A stretch of DNA of 64,000 nt from an uncultured Alphaproteobacteria bacterium (GCA_963716835.1 CAVQUQ010000013.1:129490-193489), one strand, 5' to 3'. Counted from the stretch's first letter, positions 19,865-29,672 are shown. A program made the numbers and translations. Notes: a model not told the origin generated them from the sequence alone.

Positions 19865-20524
19865 CTAAAGCTGCGTCTCTTGCATCTGCGGCGAGACAAC
19901 AAGCTCTGCCTCCGTCGCCGCGACGACTTGTGCGACCGTGACGCCAGGCGCCGTTTCCATGAGCGTCGCGCGGCCGCCTGGAAAGGCGATCACCGCCAAT
20001 TCGGTGACGACGAGATCGACTGGGCGCGCCGAGGTCAGCGGCAGATTGCAGCGCTTGACGATTTTCGATTTGCCTTTGGCGCTGTGCTGCATGGCAACGA
20101 CGACGCGCTTTGCACCGGTGACGAGATCCATGGCACCGCCCATGCCCGGCACCATCTTTCCCGGGATCATCCAGTTGGCCAGCAGTCCCTGTTGATCGAC
20201 CTGCAGGCCGCCGAGAACTGTGAGGTCCACATGGCCGCCGCGGATGAGGCCAAAGGACATCGCGCTGTCGAACGTGCACGCGCCGGGCAGCGCGGTGACC
20301 GGCTGCCCGCCCGCATCTGTCAGCGTCGGATGGGCCATCCCCTCCTCAGGAATGGGCCCCGTGCCGATCAGTCCGTTTTCCGACTGGAAGAATACGCGGA
20401 TGTCGGCCGGGACGTAGTTGGCGACGAGGGTCGGAATGCCAATCCCGAGGTTGACGAGCATGCCGGAGCGCAGCTCCCGGGCGATGCGTTTGGCAATGAT
20501 CGATTGCGCATCCATGGCGGTCAC
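19865..20524 (-). CDS. 3-oxoacid/acetoacetate CoA-transferase subunit B
   Basis: VNLGIGIPT, catalytic SENG and GMGGAMDL. Confidence 0.92.
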   Translation of the reverse strand: MTAMDAQSIIAKRIARELRSGMLVNLGIGIPTLVANYVPADIRVFFQSENGLIGTGPIPEEGMAHPTLTDAGGQPVTALPGACTFDSAMSFGLIRGGHVDLTVLGGLQVDQQGLLANWMIPGKMVPGMGGAMDLVTGAKRVVVAMQHSAKGKSKIVKRCNLPLTSARPVDLVVTELAVIAFPGGRATLMETAPGVTVAQVVAATEAELVVSPQMQETQL

Positions 20525-21168
20525 GCGTTCGCAACGAGGTAGTCGACCAGCGGCGCGGGAGTGACGACATGGTCGGGCGAGATAAGCCCGACCGGCACGA
20601 CGTGCTCGGCCGTGGCAATGACCATAGCGCCCGCCATCGCCACCAGCGGATTGAAGTTGCGCGCGGTGAGCGCGTACGAAAGGTTGCCGAGGTAGTCGGC
20701 GAGAAATGCGTGCACCAGGGCAAAATCCGCCTTGAGCGGCGTTTCGAGCAGGTAGTCCTTTCCGTCGACGTCGACCTTGCGTTTGCCCTCCTCGACGACG
20801 GTGCCGACGCCCGTCGGCGTCAAGACACCGCCGAGGCCGAAGCCTCCCGCCCTGATCCGTTCGATGAGTGTGCCTTGCGGGACCAGCTCCACCGCCATTT
20901 CGCCGGCGATCATCTGCTTCTGGGTCTCGGGATTGAGGCCGATGTGGCTCACGATTGCGCGACGAACGAGCTTTGCGCTGACCAGCTTGCCGATGCCGAC
21001 GCCGGGTTTGGCGGTATCATTGGCGATTACCGAGAAACCACGCTTCCCTTGGCGAACAATCTCGTCGACCACGCGCTCCGGCGTGCCGACCCCCATGAAC
21101 CCGCCGATCATCAGGCTTGCGCCATCCGGGATCATGGCAACCGCTTCGGCAAGGGGGATGGTCTTCAT
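20521..21168 (-). CDS. 3-oxoacid/acetoacetate CoA-transferase subunit A
   Basis: MIGGFMGVGTP, SHIGLNP, PQGTLIERIRAGG and ARNFNP. Confidence 0.92.
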   Translation of the reverse strand: MKTIPLAEAVAMIPDGASLMIGGFMGVGTPERVVDEIVRQGKRGFSVIANDTAKPGVGIGKLVSAKLVRRAIVSHIGLNPETQKQMIAGEMAVELVPQGTLIERIRAGGFGLGGVLTPTGVGTVVEEGKRKVDVDGKDYLLETPLKADFALVHAFLADYLGNLSYALTARNFNPLVAMAGAMVIATAEHVVPVGLISPDHVVTPAPLVDYLVANA

Positions 21169-21186
21169 TACGCGACCCCACCAGGC

Positions 21187-21969
21187 TCAATCGATGATGT
21201 GATAGCCGCCGTCGATATAGAGCGTCTCGCCCGTGATCAGCTTGGCACCGTTCATGGCGAGCACGGCAACCGCCACGCCGACGTCATCGATCGACACCAG
21301 GCTCCGGCTCGGCGCCTTTGCCTGCGCCTTCTGCAGGAGCTTGTCGAACTCGCTGATCCCTGAGGCGGCGCGGGTCTTAAGCGGTCCGGGAGAGATCGCG
21401 TGCACCCTGATGCCCTTGGGTCCGAGCTCGGCGGCCAGATAGCGGGTTGCCGACTCGAGCGCGGCCTTCACCGGCCCCATGATGTTGTAGTTCTCGACCA
21501 CCATCTGCGAGCCGTAATAGGTCATCGTGAAGAGGGTGCCGCCGTCCTTCATCAGCGGTTCGGCGAGCTTTGCCATGCGGATGAACGACCAGCACGAGAG
21601 CTCCATCGCCAATAGGAACCCGTCCTTCGAGCAGTCGACGACACGTCCGTGCAGGTCGTCCTTCGGTGCGAAGGCGATGGAGTGGAGGACGATGTCGAGC
21701 TTGCCCCACTTCTTGCGCGCCGCCTCGAATGCGGCTTCGAGCTCTCCCGGCTTCTGAAGGTCCATCTGCATGAAGATGGGTGCCCCGACCTCCTTGGCGA
21801 GCGGTTCGACGAACTTCTTCGACTTTTCGTTGAGATAGGTGATGGCAAGCTCGGCCCCGAAAGCATGGAACGCCTTGGCGCAGCCCCACGCGATCGACTG
21901 GTCGTTGGCGATGCCGGTGACGAGCGCCTTTTTCCCTTTGAGAAGCGCCAGCGACGAAAGATCGATCAT
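21187..21969 (-). CDS. fabI: Enoyl-ACP reductase FabI paralog
   Basis: GIANDQSIAWG, HSIAFAP, YNIMGPVKAALE and ISPGPLKTRAASGI. Confidence 0.88.
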   Translation of the reverse strand: MIDLSSLALLKGKKALVTGIANDQSIAWGCAKAFHAFGAELAITYLNEKSKKFVEPLAKEVGAPIFMQMDLQKPGELEAAFEAARKKWGKLDIVLHSIAFAPKDDLHGRVVDCSKDGFLLAMELSCWSFIRMAKLAEPLMKDGGTLFTMTYYGSQMVVENYNIMGPVKAALESATRYLAAELGPKGIRVHAISPGPLKTRAASGISEFDKLLQKAQAKAPSRSLVSIDDVGVAVAVLAMNGAKLITGETLYIDGGYHIID

Positions 21970-23183
21970 GCTCTTTTCTCCTTGAGCTGGGGCGCGGCGT
22001 GCTCGCGCAGCACATGCAGAGTGTGGCTGGCGATCATCAGCTCCTCGTCGGTCGGGATCACGAAGCAGGCGACGCGCGACCGCTTGCGCGAGATCCGGAC
22101 CTCGTTCTTTGCATTTGCCTGGCTGGCGAGCTCCACGCCAAGCCACGAGAGGCGCCGCAGCACTGCCTCTCGAATAGCGGGCGCATTCTCCCCGATCCCG
22201 GCAGTGAACACGAAAGCGTCGATGCCGCACATCGCTGCGGCGAGCATGGCCGCGTAAAGCGCAATTCTGTAGGTGAAGTAGTCCAGCGCCAGCTTCGCCC
22301 GGGGATCCTGGCTGGCGAGCAGCTCGCGCACGTCGTTGCTGATACCCGAGAGACCCTTGAGCCCGCAGTCATTGTAGAGAAAATGCTCGATCTCTTTCGC
22401 CGCCATTCCCTTTTCGCTCATGAGATAGAGCACGATGCCGGCATCGAGCTGGCCCGGCCGTGTGCCCATCGGCAGGCCGTCGAGCGCCGTGAAGCCCATC
22501 GTGCTTTCGATGCTCTTGCCGCCGCAGAGCGCGCACATGGACGCGCCGCTGCCCAGATGGGCGATGACGACGCGGCGCCTCGCAACCTCGGGCGCGACCT
22601 CTCCGAGCCGTCGCGCAATATATTCGTAGGAGAGGCCGTGGAATCCGTAGCGGCGTACGCCCTCGGCATAGAGCTGCTCGGGAATGGCAAAGCGATCGGC
22701 GACCTCGGGGTGGCCTCTGTGGAATGCCGTATCGAAGCAGGCGACTTGAAGCATGTGCGGCAGCCGCTCCAAGATTGCGCGAATTGGTCCGAGGTTGTTC
22801 GGCTGATGGAGGGGAGCCAGAGGCGCGAAACGCTCGAGCTTATTCAGGACCGCGCTATCGACGATCGTCGGCTCGCTATAATCGGGGCCGCCATGCACGA
22901 CCCGGTGGCCGACCGCAGAAGGCAGCCGTCCTCCGATCTGCTTTCGAAGAAACAGCACGAGCTTGTCGAGCGCGACCGGAACGCTGCCGACCTCGGTCGC
23001 GGACCACAGCTCATCGGCGAGGATCTTCCCCTCGGCATCCTTGGCGAGCAATCGAGGACGCGTGCCGATGCCCTCGATCTGTCCTTTCATGCGCCGTTCC
23101 AGCTGATCCTGCGCGCCCACTGCAAAAAGCTGAAACTTGATGCTCGAGCTACCGGCATTGATGACGAGGATTGTTTCGGTCAT
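21966..23183 (-). CDS. ackA: Acetate/propionate kinase
   Basis: INAGSSSIK, GHRVVHGG, RRYGFHGLS, HLGSGAS and FTAGIGEN. Confidence 0.93.
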   Translation of the reverse strand: MTETILVINAGSSSIKFQLFAVGAQDQLERRMKGQIEGIGTRPRLLAKDAEGKILADELWSATEVGSVPVALDKLVLFLRKQIGGRLPSAVGHRVVHGGPDYSEPTIVDSAVLNKLERFAPLAPLHQPNNLGPIRAILERLPHMLQVACFDTAFHRGHPEVADRFAIPEQLYAEGVRRYGFHGLSYEYIARRLGEVAPEVARRRVVIAHLGSGASMCALCGGKSIESTMGFTALDGLPMGTRPGQLDAGIVLYLMSEKGMAAKEIEHFLYNDCGLKGLSGISNDVRELLASQDPRAKLALDYFTYRIALYAAMLAAAMCGIDAFVFTAGIGENAPAIREAVLRRLSWLGVELASQANAKNEVRISRKRSRVACFVIPTDEELMIASHTLHVLREHAAPQLKEKRA

Positions 23184-23186
23184 GGC

Positions 23187-24149
23187 TCAGGCCCGGATCG
23201 GCTCCTTCGCCCTTCTGCTGTGGGCGAGAAGCATGGATACAGCGCAGGACGCCATGCGCGTGCGCACGTTGTCGGCGCGCGAGGTCAAGATGATCGGCAC
23301 GCGCGCGCCGAGGACGATTCCGGCCGCGTCGGCATTCGAGAGAAACGACAGGTTCTTGGCCAGCATGTTGCCGGCCTCGAGGTCGGGCACGACGAGGATT
23401 TGTGCGTGGCCTGCTACGGGCGACTTGATGCCTTTGATGCGCGCGGCCTCGGGGCTGATTGCGTTGTCGAAGGCGAGCGGGCCGTCGAGCTCGCCGCCCG
23501 TGATCTGGCCGCGGTCGGCCATCTTGCACAGCGCCGCCGCGTCGATCGTCGAGGGAATGCCGGGGTTGACGGTCTCGACTGCCGACAGGATCGCGACCTT
23601 CGGCGTGCCAAGCCCAAGTCCGATGTAGAGGTCGATGGCGTTCTGGATGATGTCGCGCTTGGCCATGAGATCGGGCGCGATGTTCACGGCGGCATCGGTG
23701 ATGAACAACGTCTCGGCGTGTGTCGGCACGTCCATGACGAAAACGTGGCTGATGCGCCGGCCGGTGCGAAGCCCGGTATCGCGTTTCGCGACTGCGCTCA
23801 GGAGCTCATCCGAATGCAGGCTGCCCTTCATCAGGAGCTCGGCCTTGCCGGTGCGTACGAGCTCGACGGCCTTCTCGGCCGCGGCCTGGCTGTGCGGCAC
23901 ATCGACGATCTCGATCCCCGTGATGTCGAGGCCGAGCGATTTCGCGAGCCCTGTGATCTTGTCCTTCGGGCCGACGAGAATGGGAACAATCATCCCAGCC
24001 TGTGCCGCCTCGAGCGCTCCGCGCAGAGAGGTCTCGTCGCAGGGATGGGCGACGGCCGTCGCCAGCGCGGCCAAGCTCTTTGTTGCCGCAATCAGCCGCT
24101 CGTACTTTTCATGCTGACGCAGCTGAGTAACGACGGCCTTCTTGGTCAT
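23187..24149 (-). CDS. Phosphate acetyl/butyryltransferase
   Basis: LMKGSLHSD, TDAAVNIAPDL, DGPLAFDNA and PIILTSRAD. Confidence 0.92.
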   Translation of the reverse strand: MTKKAVVTQLRQHEKYERLIAATKSLAALATAVAHPCDETSLRGALEAAQAGMIVPILVGPKDKITGLAKSLGLDITGIEIVDVPHSQAAAEKAVELVRTGKAELLMKGSLHSDELLSAVAKRDTGLRTGRRISHVFVMDVPTHAETLFITDAAVNIAPDLMAKRDIIQNAIDLYIGLGLGTPKVAILSAVETVNPGIPSTIDAAALCKMADRGQITGGELDGPLAFDNAISPEAARIKGIKSPVAGHAQILVVPDLEAGNMLAKNLSFLSNADAAGIVLGARVPIILTSRADNVRTRMASCAVSMLLAHSRRAKEPIRA

Positions 24150-24195
24150 GGCGCCGGTCCTTTTCACAGCGGGTGCCGAGCGCGGTCACCCTTGC

Positions 24196-24624
24196 CTACC
24201 ACTTGAGGAACAGCCCGACGTCGCCCGGCATGCCGCCGGGGAAGCTGATGATCTCGGCATTTAGCTTGTATCCGAGGGGGCGCAGCTCCTTTTGGTAGAA
24301 CTCGTAGGCCTGCTTGGCGAAGCCATCGAGCGTGCTCGGCCACTCCGGATCCGCGATGTTGATCCGTCTCCCGCCGTCAGTGCAAAAGCTACTCGGGAAT
24401 GTCACCACCTGGAGCTGATGAAATCCCTGCTTGGCGGCTACACTGACCGCGTTGTTGATGCGCTCGATCGCCTCAGGGTGGACTTCGCGCGACATGAACG
24501 CCTCGCGCAGTTCCAACTGCTGCCGTTCCTTCTTTTGCTTGAGCTGGCGCTCCTCATCCATTTTCGCCATCTCGGCGTCGGAGGAGATCAGCTGCAGATC
24601 TTGGGGACGTAATAGACCAGCCAT
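24196..24624 (-). CDS. Conserved hypothetical protein within the pta-ack operon
   Basis: 142 aa with a good RBS (GAGGAAGG); motifs FPSSFCTDGGRRIN and FPGGMPGDVGLFLKW look conserved. Confidence 0.7.
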   Translation of the reverse strand: MAGLLRPQDLQLISSDAEMAKMDEERQLKQKKERQQLELREAFMSREVHPEAIERINNAVSVAAKQGFHQLQVVTFPSSFCTDGGRRINIADPEWPSTLDGFAKQAYEFYQKELRPLGYKLNAEIISFPGGMPGDVGLFLKW

Positions 24625-24671
24625 TGCCTTCCTCTTCTGTTGCGGGGGTCGTCAACGCGATAGCGTTTGGA

Positions 24672-26960
24672 TCAGTGCTTCGGACTCCTGACAGCATGAG
24701 ATCGTATGTGCCGGACACGTGCCAGATGAGGTTTCTCCGGCTCGGGAACGATCGACGTATCTCGCTCTGCACTTTCTTCGATTAGGACTTCGATCTCGGC
24801 CAAGCGAGACTTTGCCCCGGCGCTGCGCAGCTCAACCGCATCGATCACGCGGTGCAAACCGGTCTCCATGCGCTTGGCGAGATCGGGGTCCTGCGCCAGC
24901 ATTTCGGGAATTGCCTCGACGGCACGGCGCTCGTCGAGCAACAGCATGAAGTACTGCTCGCGCAGGATTTGCTTGAACTCGCCGAGCGTCAGGCCTCTAC
25001 CGGCCTCCTCGCGCATCCGCCGGAGGAGGTTGAAGCTCCGCTCATCGACAACGCCTTCTGGCATGCGGATGTAGAGGAGCGCACGAATCACCGCTTCGCG
25101 CGGTCCGCCTTTGCCGATGTCGCTGCGAAGCTCGCCGATCCGCCGCGCAACGGCGGCGAGATGCGCCGCATCCTTGCCGGGTCTGCGGCGCACGCTCGCG
25201 TCGGACGCCTTGAGGCCCACGGCGGCCTGCACGAGCGGCGACCCGTAGACCTCGTGAAAGAACGCCTCGGACATGTGGTCGCGTACGTCGCGATAGGCGT
25301 CGAGCGATTTTTCGATCCACTCCGAGAACCACTCCTGTGCCTGCCAGAGCGTATTGCCCTCCGCGACCGGTTGCCGGTTCTCCTTGACGTACTCGAAGGA
25401 CGACAGCAGCGGGCGCATGAATGGATTGGCTTGCGAGAACATCTCGTACTGCAGACGAAGCGGGTGCGTTCGCCGCATCCATTCCGCGACGCCTTCGTTG
25501 GCCCACAGCCGGACCCAGGGCTGGAAGAGCGTGCGATAGATGCCGAGATTGATCTCGGACACGCGCGCGGCGGCGGCGAACTTCCGGTCATCTTCTTCGT
25601 CGTTGCCGCCGAACGCCCGGATGTCGTCGAGAGTCCTTGCCTCGAAGCGGACGAGGTAGTCGCCGCTGATCAGGTCGGCGGCGGTATCGTCGGGGCTCTT
25701 GGGTGTAATCACCGCCTCGTAGAGACCCGGCGGCAAGGCGTCGATCAGATCGATATTGCTGGTAAACTCCGCGTGCTCCTTCTTGGCCACAGAGCCCGAC
25801 ACGAAGATGCCGAGGTGGCCGATCAACTCGTGGACGGCATAGACGATCGTCTGGCCGTGGGCCCGGATGTCGTCGACGCTGTCATAGAGATCGAGGATCC
25901 AGCCCAACGCCTGCGGTGGCGGCGTGATGTTGTCGGCTTTGGAGCAAAAGACGATGATCGGAGACGTGATGTTTCGCAGATCGATACGCGAGCCGTCGGA
26001 CGTGAGCACGTCTCCAGCGGCAAGCTTGTTGCCGATGAACAGCTCATCGGCGATGAACTGCATCTCTTGCGCATTGAGCAGCACATGCCCGCCCCACCAC
26101 TGCTCGAACTCGAGGAACCGCGGCGCCTCGCTATCGATTTTCGAGTAGAGGTTATAGAGCTTGGACCAGTACGTGTTCGCCGGGTTGAGGCTCTCGAAGT
26201 TTGTGACGAGCCAGGTGCCGTCGAATTTCCCGTTACCCAGGTCCCCCGTGAGCGCGGTGAGCCAGCTTCCGCCAAGCAGCCCGCCTGCGTAGCGCATGGG
26301 GTTCTCGCCGTGGACGCCCGCCCAGTAGGCAAGCGGCGATCCGGCGACGATGATCGGACCGAACAGCTCCGGCCTGACCGCGGCGAGCATCATGACCGCC
26401 CAGCCGGCCTGGCAGTTGCCGATCACGGCGGGCTTGCCTTCTGCGTCGGGGTGCAGCGCGATCACGTGCTCGAGAAAGACAGCTTCTGCGCGTGCAATGT
26501 CCTCGATCGTTTGCCCAGGCACCGGAGTCGGCAGGAAGCCGATGAAGTAGCACGGGTGACCGGCCCTGAAGGCCACGCCGATCTCGCTCTGCGGTTTGAA
26601 GCCGCCGATACCGGGGCCGTGCCCGGCGCGCGGATCGATGATGACGAACGGGCGTTTCTTCTCGTCAATCTCGACGGCAGCAGGTGGCGTGATGCGCACC
26701 AGCACATAGTTGACCGGGCGAGGCAGCTTGCGCCCATCCATGATGAGCTCGCAGCCGAACTTCAGCACATGGGGCGCGGTTTTGGCGGCGTGCTCGCGAT
26801 AGCGCTGGCCGCGTTGCTGCAAGACATCCAACATGAGGACGCCGCGTTGCCAGGCGTCGATCCAATAGGTCCACGCATCTTGGATCATATCGGTTGATAG
26901 AGCAGCGATAGCTTTGGAACTGGCCGGAACCCGAACATCACGCATCTGCGGTTCCTTCAC
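24672..26960 (-). CDS. DUF3141 alpha/beta-hydrolase (PHA synthase/depolymerase-related)
   Basis: DPRAGHGPGIGGFK, Cys nucleophile elbow GNCQAG, DNITPP and GHLGIF (Cys-Asp-His triad pattern). Confidence 0.88.
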   Translation of the reverse strand: MKEPQMRDVRVPASSKAIAALSTDMIQDAWTYWIDAWQRGVLMLDVLQQRGQRYREHAAKTAPHVLKFGCELIMDGRKLPRPVNYVLVRITPPAAVEIDEKKRPFVIIDPRAGHGPGIGGFKPQSEIGVAFRAGHPCYFIGFLPTPVPGQTIEDIARAEAVFLEHVIALHPDAEGKPAVIGNCQAGWAVMMLAAVRPELFGPIIVAGSPLAYWAGVHGENPMRYAGGLLGGSWLTALTGDLGNGKFDGTWLVTNFESLNPANTYWSKLYNLYSKIDSEAPRFLEFEQWWGGHVLLNAQEMQFIADELFIGNKLAAGDVLTSDGSRIDLRNITSPIIVFCSKADNITPPPQALGWILDLYDSVDDIRAHGQTIVYAVHELIGHLGIFVSGSVAKKEHAEFTSNIDLIDALPPGLYEAVITPKSPDDTAADLISGDYLVRFEARTLDDIRAFGGNDEEDDRKFAAAARVSEINLGIYRTLFQPWVRLWANEGVAEWMRRTHPLRLQYEMFSQANPFMRPLLSSFEYVKENRQPVAEGNTLWQAQEWFSEWIEKSLDAYRDVRDHMSEAFFHEVYGSPLVQAAVGLKASDASVRRRPGKDAAHLAAVARRIGELRSDIGKGGPREAVIRALLYIRMPEGVVDERSFNLLRRMREEAGRGLTLGEFKQILREQYFMLLLDERRAVEAIPEMLAQDPDLAKRMETGLHRVIDAVELRSAGAKSRLAEIEVLIEESAERDTSIVPEPEKPHLARVRHIRSHAVRSPKH

Positions 26961-27010
26961 TGCAAGAATTCACCAATCAAAAAACCCATCACGGTGACGT
27001 TGCACCAGCA

Positions 27011-27024
27011 TTGTCTCCGATCAA
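27011..27024. promoter_or_regulatory. FNR/FixK-type box upstream of the DUF3141-pta-ack operon
   Basis: TTGTCTCCGATCAA (one perfect ATCAA half-site), about 50 bp upstream of the start. Confidence 0.5.
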
Positions 27025-27250
27025 GCACTTATTCGACGAAGGAGAAAGTGCATCGCGCTGTATTGTTAATGGCATCAAGACGGGTCACTAATTGAACGAC
27101 TGCACTTTCGCGAGCCCATTGGCGATCCGTGAGATTGTTTTTGGGAAGTGGAGGTTTGTGCCGCCATGCCAATGCGACAGCCGACAGCGATTGACTCGCG
27201 TCGAGATGCTTAAGCGAGTAAGGGTTATGGTTACCGGCGCGAGGAAACGG

Positions 27251-27264
27251 TTGATGGCTATCAA
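27251..27264. promoter_or_regulatory. Perfect FNR/FixK box
   Basis: TTGAT-GGCT-ATCAA in the AT-richer divergent intergenic region. Confidence 0.75.
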
Positions 27265-27432
27265 ATGCCTGAAGACCGCCTAATATTCACCCGACGCCAA
27301 CAGACGCCAACAATTGCGCCGTTCGTGCGTGTCGAAGGCGCTCCGAGAGATGGCGGTGTTGTGCGGCGCTCCGACATGTCATTCGCCGCTTGAGCGAGAG
27401 AAGAGTCTGGCTCAGCAAGTGGAGAGAGAACC

Positions 27433-27940
27433 ATGGAACACTCGCTCCATCAGGCAGCATCACATCACCTGCCGCCATTCATAACGGCTCCCGGTGAGAC
27501 GGATTGGCTATTCTCGCTGATGGCCATCGTATTGATCGGGTCAGTGCTGGCCGCCGGCGTGTTCTTCTTTTGGCTGCACTCGCTGCCGGAGAGGATGGTC
27601 CATAACAAGGTTCAATTTGATATTGTTGCAGTTCTCGCCTTGCTGTCGCTCTTTACGCACAATCACGCCTTCTGGTTCGCGGCGCTCATTATTGCGCTCA
27701 TAGACATTCCCCAAGTTCTCGCTACCTCATGTCGGAGAATCACTCGGGCGGATCGCCGGCTCCCTCGAAACCATGGCTGACGCCCAAGCGAAGTCTGACG
27801 ACGCGAAGTCATTGCCTCCCGCAGAACCACAACCGGCCGCGCCGAAACCATTGCCATCTAAGGCGAAAAGTGATGGCCCGAGCACAGCGACGCGCACCAG
27901 CGAGCCGTCGTTGAAGCGGGGAGGATCCGGACATGCTTGA
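27433..27940 (+). CDS. Small membrane protein (YibI/DUF3302-like partner of HlyD), frameshifted near 27710
   Basis: HHLPPFITAPGETD, WLHSLPER and LFTHNHAFW hydrophobic segments. A shifted frame gives a Pro-rich tail ending in an ATGCTTGA overlap with the next gene. Confidence 0.65.
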
Positions 27941-29165
27941 GCTGATGCTTTGCTCGCTGTTCACAATCCTGCCGGACTATCTCTACCGCCGCTACGGTCA
28001 GGGCAAGCGCCTTGGGGTCGATATCACGTTCTACTCGGTCTGGTATGAGTTCAGGTACGGCATCACGGCGTGCCTGATGCTGACCGTGGCGTTGATCACC
28101 GTCGTCTTCTACTTCCATCCGTCGACGACCAACGTCACGGCCATGTTTCGAACCGTGCCCATTTTGCCCGAGACGAACGGGCGGGTCGCCGAAGTCTTCG
28201 TCGGGTTCACGGGGGACGTGGAAAAAGGCGCGCCGATCTTCAGGCTCGACGACAGCAAGCAGCGGGCGGCGCTCGACGTCGCGAACAAGCGGATTGCCGA
28301 GGTGGATGCGTCGCTGGTGATGGCAAAGGCCGACATTGCGGCGTCGGAAGGCCAGATCCAGCAGGCGAAAGGCGCCTACGAGCAGGCGCTCGAAGAGCTC
28401 AAAATGAAGGAGGAGCTGTTCCAGCGCAATCCTGACGTCGTTCCGAAGCGTGAGATCGAACGGCTGCAAAATACGGTTGAAGGGCGGCAAGGCGCAGTGG
28501 CGGCGGCGGACGCCGCCAAACAGGCGGCCGAGACCAAACTCTCAACTCTGCTCCCGGCCGAGAAGGCCAGTGCCGAAGCCGCACGGGACCAGGCGCAAGT
28601 CGACTTGAGCAAGACCGTCGTCTACGCCGGGGTGAGCGGACGGGTCGAGCAGTTCATCCTGCGCGTCGGCGACGTCGTCAATCCGCTCATGCGGCCGGCG
28701 GGGGTTCTGGTTCCTGCCGGGGCGGGACGCGCAAATCTGATCGCCGGCTTCAATCAGATCGAAGCGCAAGTGATGAATGTCGGTATGACGGCAGAAGCGA
28801 CGTGCAACTCCAAGCCGTGGACCATCATTCCAATGGTCGTCACGCAAGTGCAGGACTTCATCGCCGCCGGTCAGGTCCGCGCTACGGAGCAGCTCATCGA
28901 TGCGCAACAGGTGACGCGCCCAGGCACGCTCACCGTCTTCCTGCAGCCCATGTTCGAGGGCGGTCTCGAGGGTGTGACACCCGGCAGCAGCTGCATCGCC
29001 AACGCCTACTCCAACTATCATGAGGAGCTCCAGAAGCCGGACATCAGCACGGGGAGGTGGGTGTTCTTGCACATCGTCGACACGGTCAGCCTCGTGCACG
29101 CGATGATCCTCCGGCTGCAGGCCTTGGTCATGCCCCTTCAGCTGCTGGTCTTCGGGGGGCATTGA
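27933..29165 (+). CDS. HlyD-family secretion/membrane fusion protein (YibH-like)
   Basis: N-terminal TM, ILPETNGRVAEVFV...VEKGAPIFRLD lipoyl halves and coiled coil. Confidence 0.87.
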   Translation: MLELMLCSLFTILPDYLYRRYGQGKRLGVDITFYSVWYEFRYGITACLMLTVALITVVFYFHPSTTNVTAMFRTVPILPETNGRVAEVFVGFTGDVEKGAPIFRLDDSKQRAALDVANKRIAEVDASLVMAKADIAASEGQIQQAKGAYEQALEELKMKEELFQRNPDVVPKREIERLQNTVEGRQGAVAAADAAKQAAETKLSTLLPAEKASAEAARDQAQVDLSKTVVYAGVSGRVEQFILRVGDVVNPLMRPAGVLVPAGAGRANLIAGFNQIEAQVMNVGMTAEATCNSKPWTIIPMVVTQVQDFIAAGQVRATEQLIDAQQVTRPGTLTVFLQPMFEGGLEGVTPGSSCIANAYSNYHEELQKPDISTGRWVFLHIVDTVSLVHAMILRLQALVMPLQLLVFGGH

Positions 29166-29198
29166 GGCTCAATCTGCCAAGAACACGCGAGGTCATTC

Positions 29199-29480
29199 AT
29201 GCCCGGCATCTTGCGATGGATTACTTCTGGGTTTGTTGTTGTTGCAGTGCTTGGAACGGCCGCCGAGGCTGTCGCGGCCCGCAAAGGGACGCGCAACTAC
29301 CAGCCCGGCGATGCGACGTCTATTGATAGTCCTGACCGGCAGACGGCCACGGCCAAGGGAACGCAAGCGTTCGACGCGTGCATCGCAACGTGGGATGCCG
29401 ACACGCACATGACCAAGGAGGAATGGCGCGAATCCTGTGAGCGCGTCATCAAGGAGCGCGCGTCCCAACCGGGCACATGA
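29199..29480 (+). CDS. Small secreted protein with a C-x3-W-D-x2-THM...EWR-x2-C motif
   Basis: Signal peptide (...AEAVA-A), GAGG RBS; the motif recurs at 49432-49497. Confidence 0.7.
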   Translation: MPGILRWITSGFVVVAVLGTAAEAVAARKGTRNYQPGDATSIDSPDRQTATAKGTQAFDACIATWDADTHMTKEEWRESCERVIKERASQPGT

Positions 29481-29672
29481 TCGAGCTCGTCAACTACCCC
29501 CGGGAGATCATCTTCGCTGTAAGCATCGCGCCGATCGTCGCCGCCGAGTCCGGGCACTCGCTCGGCGCGGGCGCCTTCATTAATCGTCGCGCGACATAGC
29601 CTTTGACCGCCATCAACACCGGCTCGATCATCAGGCGTATCGTTTCAGGACAAATGGACTCGGGTAGCTGCC

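Noticed and set aside
21999-26897. Long plus-strand ORFs (735 aa and 681 aa) antisense to ackA/pta and DUF3141
   Set aside because: Shadow ORFs typical of high-GC coding DNA. They have no motifs, and the opposite strand encodes clear enzymes.
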